A stretch of 64,000 nucleotides of DNA. Origin: an uncultured Candidatus Poseidoniales archaeon. Lineage in GTDB: Archaea; Thermoplasmatota; Poseidoniia; Poseidoniales; Poseidoniaceae. The stretch's first letter is position 1; each line of letters starts with the position of its first letter. The stretch is from contig CAXGZX010000001.1 of NCBI GenBank assembly GCA_964014545.1, positions 9,279-73,278 of the forward strand, written 5' to 3'. The position numbers were made by a program, and so were the translations under genes. Positions 9,937 through 19,706 of the stretch are shown here, piece after piece. Under the pieces are notes generated by a model. The model made no database searches, was not told the origin of the DNA, and saw only the letters and a list, made by a program, of their open reading frames with translations.

Positions 9937-11892
9937 TTAATCTTTTTCATATATTGAATTTGATTCTAGCTTTCTTTGGTTAACAAATAATGCGATAACA
10001 GATGCTACTGATACTGCCAAGAATGTGAAACCCGGTGCCTCCTCAGGCTCTTGAATAAATGCAGATGCTGTGTCCATCAACATGATATCAATGGTAACAA
10101 GCGGGGAAGACGAATGCCCGCCACTTGAGTTGGACTTAAGACCTCTAATTGATATTGTGTGGTTGCCATCCAAATCAATTCCCGGTAGGTGTTCAAGTTG
10201 GTGAATTATGTCGATTGCCGCTACGTTACCATCTGTATCAGTTTTTTCGTAGGAATGCAAGTTTGTCCAATCATCAACAATGTGATTGCTACGCCACTGG
10301 ATTGCATCAATTCCACCAGTGGTGGTAAACTTGATTGAATCTTTAGGAGTTAAATGGGTATGCGTATTGTCGTGAGTGGGATCATTTTCTATTGAAATTT
10401 GCATTGATGAATCGAAAATATAGTATTTTTCTGCGGCTGCCAAAACCGCTTCTAAAGCACGTACTTCTCCATGCCCATAGACATTGTTTTGTCGGTTTTT
10501 AGTGATGATGTTTTGAGCGTCATTGTCATCACAGCCATCAATGCCCGCAGCATCTCCCATGTATGTACATGCACGATACTCTGCTGTTTCTTGCATGAAA
10601 TTCCTAACTTCAAACGGACTTATGTCTGGGTTTGCTTGTAGCATTAGAGCAGCAACACCTGCTGCGCCGGGAGTAGCCATTGAAGTGCCTGAAAAGGCAG
10701 TATAGCCATCTCCGGTATTATGAGCAACTGACATAACATCAGAACCGACATAAGCAATATTTGGTTTGACTCTGTTCTCTTCTGTTGGACCTTGACTTGA
10801 GTAGGCGGCAATTGATGAGTCTTTATCCAGTGCACCTATGGTAATTGCATCTTCGGCACTACCAGGAGTACCAATGGTACCCCTACCAGCTGAGTTACCT
10901 GCAGCAATAAATAACGTAATATCGTTGTATACCATATCATTAGCCATTCTGTTTACACTGTCTTCTTCTGATGAGGTCCATTCAATTATGCCAAATGCTC
11001 CAAGTGACATAGAAGCCACCCTGATATTATACTGGTACCTATTATCTATGGTCCATTGCATTCCTGCCATAACTACTGCAAATGATCCAGAACCTCCCGA
11101 ATCCAACACCTTTACTCCAACGAGTTTTGCTTGGGGAGCCATTCCAGGATTCTCATAAGTTGGAGCTCCTGTTCCTGCAGTAGTTCCTGCACAATGAGAG
11201 CCATGACCTTGGTCATCATAAGGGAAAACTTCTGTTCCGTTAGTTAGACTTGGATTATTTACTGGATCGTAAAAAGCCACTACTTTGGGGTCATTGGTTT
11301 CTGGGTCATCATCTTGATCGTCAAGACTAGAATGTAAGCCATCGATACCTGTATCGATAATAGCAACTGTGGAACCTGACCCGTCATATCCGGTCTCAGC
11401 CCATGCTGTATCTACACCATGAAGGGCAACAGCATCTCCGTTTTGTATAGTCATTATACCATCAAGTTCGAGCATCACAACTCCAGGAAGTTTGGTTGCT
11501 TCATCTAATAGAGCAACCGGAACTCTTCCTGCGACAGCATCGATTGCTGGAAGGTAAAACTGATGTTCATAGTCGACTTGTTGTTCAAGCATGGTTACAT
11601 CTTTTTCGTCTGGAGTATGATCAAAATCAACGATAATTGGCAGTGTACCTTCGCTCAAAAGAATTGGATTATCTATGTGGCGTTCAATCATATCGCCAAT
11701 GCCGTTTTTATTTCTGTCAACAGTAGTCTCAACCCACCAACCTTCTTCGGTAGTCTCTGATACTTCAGCATCTACGGGTATAACTGCCCCTAACGATGGA
11801 ACCAACATTAAGAAAATCATTGCGATTGAAATTGTATTACCTAGTTTTGTCAAAACAGCACCAACTAATCCCAAAAGTTGCTGATTAATCAA
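9937..11892 (-). CDS. Secreted subtilisin-family (S8) serine peptidase with PGF-like C-terminal anchor
   Basis: Triad motifs IIDTGID, GHGSHCAG, SGTSMATP; oxyanion AAGN; ends APGF-TM-RK. True start is probably TTG 11853. Confidence 0.93.
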   Translation of the reverse strand: MINQQLLGLVGAVLTKLGNTISIAMIFLMLVPSLGAVIPVDAEVSETTEEGWWVETTVDRNKNGIGDMIERHIDNPILLSEGTLPIIVDFDHTPDEKDVTMLEQQVDYEHQFYLPAIDAVAGRVPVALLDEATKLPGVVMLELDGIMTIQNGDAVALHGVDTAWAETGYDGSGSTVAIIDTGIDGLHSSLDDQDDDPETNDPKVVAFYDPVNNPSLTNGTEVFPYDDQGHGSHCAGTTAGTGAPTYENPGMAPQAKLVGVKVLDSGGSGSFAVVMAGMQWTIDNRYQYNIRVASMSLGAFGIIEWTSSEEDSVNRMANDMVYNDITLFIAAGNSAGRGTIGTPGSAEDAITIGALDKDSSIAAYSSQGPTEENRVKPNIAYVGSDVMSVAHNTGDGYTAFSGTSMATPGAAGVAALMLQANPDISPFEVRNFMQETAEYRACTYMGDAAGIDGCDDNDAQNIITKNRQNNVYGHGEVRALEAVLAAAEKYYIFDSSMQISIENDPTHDNTHTHLTPKDSIKFTTTGGIDAIQWRSNHIVDDWTNLHSYEKTDTDGNVAAIDIIHQLEHLPGIDLDGNHTISIRGLKSNSSGGHSSSPLVTIDIMLMDTASAFIQEPEEAPGFTFLAVSVASVIALFVNQRKLESNSIYEKD

Positions 11893-11924
11893 TAATTGGT
11901 TTACAAGTTACTAATGATAAACCA

Positions 11925-13259
11925 TCAATCTCGCCAAGTGGCATATTCTATAGAAATGGCTTGGATTACGTTGACAGGTGCGCTTGGATATGCGCCCCAA
12001 TAGGATTCTCTAAGGTCTTGATTGGCCGACATACATGCCTCAACATCGGCTGGTCTGTCGGGCAATTGCTCCGATTGATTTAGATGGGAAATTATCGGTT
12101 GGATATTGGAAAGATTGACTAAGCCCCATCCTGTTTGAGTACACGGTAGTACCGGTGAGATTGGCATAGTGCCAGATGTTGGATCCCAGCCCAGGTTTGG
12201 ATACCATGCTGAGAGGTTGATTGCTTCTCTAACTTGAGCGTTGGTGACTGTGAAATTCATTCCATTCACTAAATTGCCACCACGCTCTTGTGATGCACCT
12301 GAACCATTATCGGAAAATTCGCCGCGCAAATCTTGTAGAATAAAAGAGATAATCCCAGCAGTTCTTGGGGTTGCAAAAGACGTCCCAGAGGTTTCATGAT
12401 AGCCGTCAATATCGTCATGGTTTGGCAGTACTTGTGTCCAATCAGCAGAGATATCAGGGTATGAACCAGACATTATTTCCTTTTGATCGTCGCCTTCTTC
12501 AGCATATCCGGCGATTCCAATAGACCATGGCGGTCCAGCTGTAGCGTCTTGTATAGCAGGGGATGGTGAGTTATCAGCAGCACCAGTGTGCAACTTGTTA
12601 TGGTCGACCACCGCAACTTTAGTTGCGTCTTCAATACCTGGAACTGGAATAGACCCTATTGCGCCAAATGAGGTTGTTATGACATCGACTAATGGCTGAT
12701 TTGCTGCTGCGAGTACGGCCTCGGAACTAAATCCTTCGACAAAGAAAATGATCGCTTCTGGATTGGCATCTAGTACTGCACCAGTAACTGCCGAACCATG
12801 TCCGTCAGAGGGGTCGTCTAGAATCAATATGTCACTATTACCGTCGGGTGATGTTCCGATGATTTTTGTTCCAGGGAAGTATACAATATCTGTTGCATTA
12901 AGAGTATCCCAACAATCTGCTTTGTCTGCATCATAGCGTTCTTGCCATGTACCATCAAGAGTGATATTACATACTTTGTTGACTCCCAAATCATCAAGTA
13001 ACCATTGTGGATAAGTCTCATTGGTTCTAAAATGGTCGTGATAAACGTTGATTCCAGTATCGATAGGTGCAATTACTGAAAAAGGTCGCCAATCGTTGGA
13101 AGCGACAGACTGCGCAACTGTTGAATCATCTTTAACGGATGGTGAATAAGCAAAAGCAATGAAAATAGCACTGATAATTAGTGTTGCAATAAGCAAAGAA
13201 GTCATGAATTTTGTTGACGATGGCTCGTCGAACAACTCAGCTTCCAAGACCTCCGCCAT
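11925..13259 (-). CDS. Divergent S8-family serine peptidase, N-terminally anchored
   Basis: PIDTGIN, DGHGSAVTG, SGTSFATP; N-terminal TM helix; start ATG 13259. Confidence 0.82.
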   Translation of the reverse strand: MAEVLEAELFDEPSSTKFMTSLLIATLIISAIFIAFAYSPSVKDDSTVAQSVASNDWRPFSVIAPIDTGINVYHDHFRTNETYPQWLLDDLGVNKVCNITLDGTWQERYDADKADCWDTLNATDIVYFPGTKIIGTSPDGNSDILILDDPSDGHGSAVTGAVLDANPEAIIFFVEGFSSEAVLAAANQPLVDVITTSFGAIGSIPVPGIEDATKVAVVDHNKLHTGAADNSPSPAIQDATAGPPWSIGIAGYAEEGDDQKEIMSGSYPDISADWTQVLPNHDDIDGYHETSGTSFATPRTAGIISFILQDLRGEFSDNGSGASQERGGNLVNGMNFTVTNAQVREAINLSAWYPNLGWDPTSGTMPISPVLPCTQTGWGLVNLSNIQPIISHLNQSEQLPDRPADVEACMSANQDLRESYWGAYPSAPVNVIQAISIEYATWRD

Positions 13260-13355
13260 GGTTAATTGTAAACGGCTTGTTAAATCAATATAACTAACTA
13301 ATGAGCCCGATAAAATTCGGGTATATTGAAGCAACGACACATACTGGCCAAGAAC

Positions 13356-14486
13356 ATGGAAGATGGTTTTCGAGCAGATCATCTACCTTTTCCAATGCCT
13401 AAGCGCAGGCACACTTTAGACCAAGAGTGGCGGTTTTTGACATTCATGCATTGGCGTGTTGATATTGAAAAATTAAGACCCCATGTCCCTGAAGGTCTAG
13501 AAATTGATACTTTTGAAGGCTATGCGTATATTGGCCTTGTTCCGTTCATGATGAAACATGTTCGACCAAGTTGGTTTGTAAGCACTCCAGGAATCTCTAA
13601 CTTTCCTGAATTTAATATTCGAACCTATGTTAAGAAAGACGGCATAGCAGGAGTATTTTTCCTTACCTTAGAAGCCAAAAGTTTGGTCACTTGTAATTTT
13701 GCCCCTAGAACTTATGGCTTACCGTACCGTTACGCAAAAGGTAGTGTCAAAAAATCCGGTAACATTTGGGGATGGAGGAGTTCGAGGAATAAGGGCCAGT
13801 TTAAACTCGCTGGAACAACAGAAGTTATTGGTGAGCAAATGCAAGCACAACCGGGTAGTTTAGAGGAATTCTTGTTTGAGAGATACAGCCTATATACCAG
13901 CCATAGAGGGAGTCTAAGAAGAGGTTATACACATCATAACAAATGGAAATTTCAGCAGGCCAAGGTTGAGTTGACTGAAAATTCATTGACTGAAAGTTTC
14001 AATTTGGGAATTGAACAACCACTAACACCAGAACTTGTTCATTATTCCGATGGAGTGAGAGTAAGAACCTTTTCTATAGAATTAGCAGAGCGTATTGGCA
14101 CCGATATCAATCGAGACTTTTTGCTGTTGGATGGAGACTGTGGACTCTGCCATAGACTTGCCACATTCCTTGATAAACGCATGAAGTCATCAGCCAATTT
14201 AGGGTACCGACCAAATAGCTCCGAAGGTGCACAGCGGTTAATCCAAGCAATGCCCAAGAAATACAGTGAATCTGATACAGTCTACCTAGTCAGGAATGGT
14301 CAACCATATATGCGCTCAAGTGCTGCCATTCGCTGTTTATTGTACATGAAGTGGTATTACCGAATGTGGTATCCGCTTTGTTGGTTAATCCCTTTGCCGC
14401 TTCGTGATATTGCTTACCGTATAGTTGCTAAGTATCGCCACAAGGTGTTCAAAAAACCCAAAGTTTGTACCTTCAGAGTAGATTAA
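13356..14486 (+). CDS. DUF2071 (YqjF-like) domain fused to DCC1-like (DUF393) thiol-disulfide oxidoreductase domain
   Basis: N-terminal QEWRFLTFMHW, FPEFNIRTYV, FLFERYSLY; C-terminal LLDGDCGLCH and LRDIAYRIVAKYRHKVF. Confidence 0.8.
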   Translation: MEDGFRADHLPFPMPKRRHTLDQEWRFLTFMHWRVDIEKLRPHVPEGLEIDTFEGYAYIGLVPFMMKHVRPSWFVSTPGISNFPEFNIRTYVKKDGIAGVFFLTLEAKSLVTCNFAPRTYGLPYRYAKGSVKKSGNIWGWRSSRNKGQFKLAGTTEVIGEQMQAQPGSLEEFLFERYSLYTSHRGSLRRGYTHHNKWKFQQAKVELTENSLTESFNLGIEQPLTPELVHYSDGVRVRTFSIELAERIGTDINRDFLLLDGDCGLCHRLATFLDKRMKSSANLGYRPNSSEGAQRLIQAMPKKYSESDTVYLVRNGQPYMRSSAAIRCLLYMKWYYRMWYPLCWLIPLPLRDIAYRIVAKYRHKVFKKPKVCTFRVD

Positions 14487-14488
14487 TG

Positions 14489-15697
14489 TTAGAAAGAAAC
14501 TTCGAAAACCATCAGCAAGACACCAACAATTAGTGCAGGTATTGTAGTATGAATTGTCGCCCAAAGGCTTGCCGCTCGATGTCTTACTAGTAGTGGGAAC
14601 AGCGCATCCCCATCTTGACTAATTGCGTTGGCAGTGAGTGCAGGAAATGATAGGAGATCCTTGGTATATGCAGTAATTGCAATAATTTGTGGACCACATC
14701 CGGGAATTAGTCCAATGAATGCTGCAAGAACCACGGCAATTAACCCATCACCATATCGTGCTAAATCGGCTTCAGTCATGCCCGAAAACAGCATTGAAAA
14801 CTCGAACACAAGGTATGCTGCCATAACCCAAAAAGTGACAAAGGCAGTCTCACTTGCTGAGTGAATCATTGTTTCACGCATCGAATAGAGCTTGTCACCA
14901 ATCGATGCCTCCGTATCATCTCTAATCCAATTCTTTTGCGTGATGTAGAGGATAACAGATAGTGAAGTTCCAAGCAAACCAATCCACGTAATGAAACCGT
15001 GGAGAGTCAACGGGTTGTAATCAATTTCCAGATTAAAGTCTGCATCTTGAGCACTCCATACTAGTAGTAAAACAGCAAATATCAAACCAATTGCCGTGAC
15101 CATCCACCAAACAGTATAGCCTTGATGGAGAAGGAAATATCTCCAGCCACCTGCTTCTTCTCTACCAAGGTCATCGATGATTTCATGAGACTCTAACTCG
15201 TCAGATTCAACAGGACTTTCTGGCGGATTATCGTCTTTAAAAGTTGGACCAAATTTACCCAATGGATTGCGCGGTGTGATTTTCAAACCGTCTACAAGGT
15301 AACCCCAAAAGACACCGACAATAAACGAAATTAGGTGAACTGCAATGACTGGAGCAATGAATGAGGAATCAGTTACTGCAGCGCCGATTAAGACGAATGC
15401 AGCATCTCCTAATGTCGCGATAAGGGTTGCAATTACCGTCCCGTAAGTAACATATCCACGAGCATACATTGGCATCATGACAATGGCCCCACCGCAGCCT
15501 GGAGTAATCCCCATAAGCGCCCCAATAACAGGTTGCCAACGCTTATTCGCTCGAATTGCATCAACAAACTTTCCAGCAGTAATATACTGCAACCAACTGA
15601 ATAGAAGAACCATTGCGGCAACAAAAACAGTTACTGCAAGAAACGCGTCGCGCATACTGACGACAATCACTTCGAGGACTTCCGAGGATGTTACCAT
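14489..15697 (-). CDS. Putative manganese/heavy-metal transporter (10-TM, repeated PGCG motifs)
   Basis: GITPGCGGAI, LIATLGDAAFVL, GLIPGCGPQI, AISQDGDALFPLL; translationally coupled to the DtxR/MntR gene. Confidence 0.8.
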   Translation of the reverse strand: MVTSSEVLEVIVVSMRDAFLAVTVFVAAMVLLFSWLQYITAGKFVDAIRANKRWQPVIGALMGITPGCGGAIVMMPMYARGYVTYGTVIATLIATLGDAAFVLIGAAVTDSSFIAPVIAVHLISFIVGVFWGYLVDGLKITPRNPLGKFGPTFKDDNPPESPVESDELESHEIIDDLGREEAGGWRYFLLHQGYTVWWMVTAIGLIFAVLLLVWSAQDADFNLEIDYNPLTLHGFITWIGLLGTSLSVILYITQKNWIRDDTEASIGDKLYSMRETMIHSASETAFVTFWVMAAYLVFEFSMLFSGMTEADLARYGDGLIAVVLAAFIGLIPGCGPQIIAITAYTKDLLSFPALTANAISQDGDALFPLLVRHRAASLWATIHTTIPALIVGVLLMVFEVSF

Positions 15698-16353
15698 CAG
15701 TTTTCCACCTCAAAAGAAATTTTTACTAAACTGGCGATTGATGAAGAAATACGCTTTTTTATTGCACCAATTTTGACATTGAGACCGCCATCAAACTTAT
15801 CTCTAGAGATTATCTTTAATTCAGTACCAGGGTGAATACCATTATTTTCTAGCCATGATAAAATACTCGGATCATCATCAGGAACTTGCATAACTGTCAA
15901 AGACATATTAATTGGAGAATCGCATAATGGAAGGTCTCTTTCATTGTATAATTCTCCGTTAGGTCCTGGAATTGGATGACCGTGAGGGTCACGAGTAGGA
16001 TTGCCCAGATACTCGGCTATTGCCATTTCTAAATTCTTTGATAGAGCATGTTCAAGCTTTTCCGCCTCATCATGTATTTCTTCACGGCCTAAACCTAGTG
16101 TTTGGGAAAGAAAAGTCTCCAATAACCGATGTTTACGCACGATTGAAAGTGCTTCTAACTCGCCTTTTTTTGTTAAAGATGCACCCTTGTAAGGAATATG
16201 ATCTACTAATTCCTTTTCTGCTAGCCTTAGAATCATTTTTGTTGCAGAAGCTTTGCTGACTTGAAGATTATCGGCAAGTTGCTTTGTTCCAACGTTATTG
16301 GGACCGAGTTTCCAAAGAGATTTTAGGTAGTCCTCTACGGCTACTGAGTACAT
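15697..16353 (-). CDS. DtxR/MntR-family metal-dependent transcriptional regulator with C-terminal FeoA/SH3 domain
   Basis: EDYLKS, winged HTH, VRKHRLLETFL, EAEKLEHALS, PTRDPHGHPIP. Confidence 0.93.
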   Translation of the reverse strand: MYSVAVEDYLKSLWKLGPNNVGTKQLADNLQVSKASATKMILRLAEKELVDHIPYKGASLTKKGELEALSIVRKHRLLETFLSQTLGLGREEIHDEAEKLEHALSKNLEMAIAEYLGNPTRDPHGHPIPGPNGELYNERDLPLCDSPINMSLTVMQVPDDDPSILSWLENNGIHPGTELKIISRDKFDGGLNVKIGAIKKRISSSIASLVKISFEVEN

Positions 16354-16362
16354 GTGCAGCGG

Positions 16363-16398
16363 TTAGCCATGGCTAATATAAGGGTTTGTCAAGGCTAA
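16363..16398. promoter_or_regulatory. Putative autoregulatory operators flanking the TATA box of the DtxR/MntR operon
   Basis: Perfect palindrome TTAGCCATGGCTAA (16363-16376) and degenerate TTTGTCAAGGCTAA (16385-16398), either side of minus-strand TTATAT. Confidence 0.7.
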
Positions 16399-16457
16399 CT
16401 TTTTGCTAACATTCCATTACAGAATCATGTTAAATGTGTTCTCTATTACGGACGGAC

Positions 16458-17009
16458 ATGGACGCCAAAGACCAGCGAATGGTATGGATCGATTTGGAAA
16501 TGACTGGACTGGACGAGAAAAAGGAATCGATTATTGAAATCGCCACGGTAATTACCGATGGAGAACTGAATATCTTAGCCCAAGGCCCAAATCTTGCTGT
16601 TACCGTTTCAGAGGAGTTAATTGCCGGAATGGATGAATGGAATACAACTCATCATCACCGCAGTGGACTAGTAGATCGAATACGAAATAATGGTGTCAGT
16701 ATCGCTGAGGCAGAACAACAAACTCTTGAATTCTTAAAGCAATGGGTTAGTCCAAAAACAGCCCCGCTATGTGGCAATAGCATATGGAATGATCGGAAAT
16801 TTCTCGATAAGGAAATGCCACTTGTTGCTGATTACTTACACTACCGAATGATCGATGTTTCAACTGTCAAAGAACTTGCTAGAAGATGGTATCCGAAGGT
16901 AGAAAAATACCAAAAGAAACTCTCTCATTTAGCTTTAGATGATATACTAGAATCAATAGAAGAGTTAGCATATTTTAGAACAGAAATTTTCAATGCTCAA
17001 GAAGATTGA
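16458..17009 (+). CDS. orn: Oligoribonuclease (DEDDh)
   Basis: WIDLEMTGLD, MDEWNTTHH, PLCGNSI..DRKFL, HYRMIDVSTVKELARRWYP, HLALDDILESIEEL. Confidence 0.95.
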   Translation: MDAKDQRMVWIDLEMTGLDEKKESIIEIATVITDGELNILAQGPNLAVTVSEELIAGMDEWNTTHHHRSGLVDRIRNNGVSIAEAEQQTLEFLKQWVSPKTAPLCGNSIWNDRKFLDKEMPLVADYLHYRMIDVSTVKELARRWYPKVEKYQKKLSHLALDDILESIEELAYFRTEIFNAQED

Positions 17010-17872
17010 CGCCAATTCTTATCTTCAGGTGAAACTCCCTTGCTAAGAGATAGTATCTGTGCGGTTACCGCAATAGCAATTTCTTCAGGTGATTCTGCAC
17101 CGATGTTAATTCCGATTGGACAGACCACTGAATCTAACAAGTCTTGCTTGATTTCCTGTGCTAATGCTGATTTACAGAAAGAATTCCACTTACTGCGACT
17201 ACCAATAACACCTATGCGAGGGAATGTTTTTCCATCCGGCAGGCAATTGTTTTGCTGGCAAATTGCCAATAGACCGAGCAATCTATCTTGATCCTCTGAC
17301 CAATCATGACCGAGCAACAAAATGTCGGAAAACCGAGTTATTGAATCAAATGATTCAGTTGCCAAAAATTCTGCTACGCTAGATGGAATTAGTTCGGTAG
17401 CTTGGGGGAATGACTTTTTGTCACAGTATTCTATTCTTGAGTCAGTGACTGAATGATGCCAATTTAGTGAATTGATAGTTTGGGACAAAGCATTGGCACA
17501 ATGACCTCCACCCATCATGAGTACGTGAGGGGATGGCATGATTACTTCTATTGACAAGGTAACTCGGCCCCCACATAGAGAATCTAAAGGTTGTACTTCA
17601 TAGCCCTTCGCACCCTTATTTAGACCATATGTGTGCATTTCACCATATGGCTCCCAATATTCACTGAGCAATTCTTGGCAACGTAGTAGTACTTTCATTT
17701 CTAAACCAGCACCACCCACAGTTCCATGGAAACCTTCCTTACCCTCAGCAACCGCTAGTTTAGCTCCAACCTTACCAGGAACGCTACCAGAAGTTTGGAT
17801 AACACTGGCAATTACCACACGACGTCTTTCCGCCAGCCGCTCTAAAGCCCAAGCCAACGTGTCATTCGACAT
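16997..17872 (-). CDS. xdhC: XdhC/CoxI-family molybdoenzyme maturation factor
   Basis: GSVPGKVGAK, GTVGGAGLE, LCGGRV, GGGHCA, GVIGSRSK, CPIGINIGAESPEEIAIAV. Confidence 0.9.
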   Translation of the reverse strand: MSNDTLAWALERLAERRRVVIASVIQTSGSVPGKVGAKLAVAEGKEGFHGTVGGAGLEMKVLLRCQELLSEYWEPYGEMHTYGLNKGAKGYEVQPLDSLCGGRVTLSIEVIMPSPHVLMMGGGHCANALSQTINSLNWHHSVTDSRIEYCDKKSFPQATELIPSSVAEFLATESFDSITRFSDILLLGHDWSEDQDRLLGLLAICQQNNCLPDGKTFPRIGVIGSRSKWNSFCKSALAQEIKQDLLDSVVCPIGINIGAESPEEIAIAVTAQILSLSKGVSPEDKNWRQSS

Positions 17873-17910
17873 GTGCTGCGCTACTGGTCTTTACCAATAC
17901 CATTTACGCA

Positions 17911-18501
17911 TCAAAGTTCAACAAAAAAACCTGCACTTTCTCTTAATCTTGCTTTATCCTCAGGTGTGTCTATATTCAAAGATAATAGAGTATTATCGAC
18001 TGCAACTGATTCAAATCTCACAATATCCTTCAATGGCACATCATCATTTGCCGCCATTATAGCAAGTAAGTCATCCTTTACTAAAGCCACAGGATGACCA
18101 TTTACCGAATTATCTGTTAAGCAACACGACCTGTCAGTTTCAGTTAGTTTACCAATATGTGATGCTTTCCATCCCGGCCTATCCACTGGACACATTATTG
18201 CCTTATTGGGCATTCTGCCTAATTCTGCTAACACTGAATTAAGCCCAACTTTTAGGCTCCCAGTCCGCCCATTTTCTGGTGATTTATTGACCACTACCAC
18301 TGCTCCATTAGAGACCATTAGTGCGTCAAATTGTAATTCTTGATTGACCACAACAATTACTGGAGTGCAGCCTGCATGTTGTAATTTTAATATAGCGTGC
18401 TCAAGAAGAGTTTTACCTGCTACTTCTACCAGTGCTTTGTGTTCTCCAAGCCGTTTGCTGTAACCCGCGCTCAATATGATTGCTGGTGTTGTTTTGACCA
18501 T
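17911..18501 (-). CDS. MobA/MocA-like nucleotidyltransferase (probable molybdenum cofactor cytidylyltransferase)
   Basis: ILSAGYSKRLGEHKAL, GRTGSLKVG, CPVDRP, GHPVAL, NIDTPED; next to xdhC. Confidence 0.78.
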   Translation of the reverse strand: MVKTTPAIILSAGYSKRLGEHKALVEVAGKTLLEHAILKLQHAGCTPVIVVVNQELQFDALMVSNGAVVVVNKSPENGRTGSLKVGLNSVLAELGRMPNKAIMCPVDRPGWKASHIGKLTETDRSCCLTDNSVNGHPVALVKDDLLAIMAANDDVPLKDIVRFESVAVDNTLLSLNIDTPEDKARLRESAGFFVEL

Positions 18502-18520
18502 GCTTTAGACACCATTAAAA

Positions 18521-19669
18521 TCAGAAATCTTTAGTAATCTCACGGCCAATTATCATTTTTTGAACTTGAGATGAACCTTCATAGATCTGCATTACTTTTG
18601 CTGCTCGCATTAATCTTGCAACTGGGTACTCTTCAGAGTAACCATAGCCACCAAACACTTGAACGGCATCGGTAGATACTTCCATTGCCGTATCTGCAGC
18701 AAAGCGCTTTGCGTGAGCTGCTGATTCCGTATTCCTTATACCGTTATCAGATTCAAATGCAGATTTCCAGGTTAGCATACGAGATGCTTCAATCTTAGTT
18801 TTCATATCTGCAAGCATGAATTGAATCGCTTGATGCTGGTGCAATGGTTTGCCAAATGTCGTTCGCTCGTTTGAATATTGTAATGCATGCTCGTAGGATG
18901 CTCTTGCAAGTCCTGTTGCGTGAGCGGCAATATTTGGTCGACTAACATCAAACGCCTTCATTGCATTCATCCACCCACCAGATTCACTACCCCCAACCAA
19001 TTGGTTCTTGTTAACACGAACATTATCAAAGACAATTGACCTAGTATCAGAACATCTCTGGCCCATGTTAGATTCTTTTTTGCCCAGTGAAAAGCCTTCA
19101 GCGTCTTTCTCAACAATAAATCCAGACATGCCACGATATCCTGCATCGATATCGGTTTTTGCTAAAACAAAGAAAAAGTCAGAATAACCGGCACCTGTAA
19201 TCCACATTTTCTCACCATTGATGACATATTCATCACCATCAAGGGTGGCTGTAGTTTTACAAGCAGCAACATCGGAACCGGCTCCGGGTTCAGTAACTGC
19301 ATATGAAGCAAGATGGCCTTCCTCAGCCACTCTTCTGAGCCAAATTTCCTTTTGCTCTTCAGTAGCACCGGTAATTAGTGGTGCACAAGCTAGTGCTGTA
19401 GCATAAGCGGCTGTTGCAAACCCAGGGTCACCCCATGCCAATTCCTCGTTAACTAGAACCTCTTCCATACAACCCAATCCCAAGCCGCCATATTTTTCGG
19501 GAATATGTAAATTTAGAATACCCATATCATGGGCTGCAGTGATGGCATCTTTGGGATACTCAGATTCTGCGTCCCAATGTTCTGCCTTTGGCCTAATTTC
19601 ATCGACAGCAAAATCATGGGCTAATTCTTTCAAACCTTCTTGCATTTCATCAAGTTGGAAGTTGACCAT
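18521..19669 (-). CDS. Acyl-CoA dehydrogenase
   Basis: VTEPGAGSD, INGEKMWIT, RTTFGKP, QVFGGYGY, QIYEGSSQVQ. Confidence 0.95.
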   Translation of the reverse strand: MVNFQLDEMQEGLKELAHDFAVDEIRPKAEHWDAESEYPKDAITAAHDMGILNLHIPEKYGGLGLGCMEEVLVNEELAWGDPGFATAAYATALACAPLITGATEEQKEIWLRRVAEEGHLASYAVTEPGAGSDVAACKTTATLDGDEYVINGEKMWITGAGYSDFFFVLAKTDIDAGYRGMSGFIVEKDAEGFSLGKKESNMGQRCSDTRSIVFDNVRVNKNQLVGGSESGGWMNAMKAFDVSRPNIAAHATGLARASYEHALQYSNERTTFGKPLHQHQAIQFMLADMKTKIEASRMLTWKSAFESDNGIRNTESAAHAKRFAADTAMEVSTDAVQVFGGYGYSEEYPVARLMRAAKVMQIYEGSSQVQKMIIGREITKDF

Positions 19670-19706
19670 GATACTCCGAGGAGGCCGAGGGTTAAGATTT
19701 CATGGT

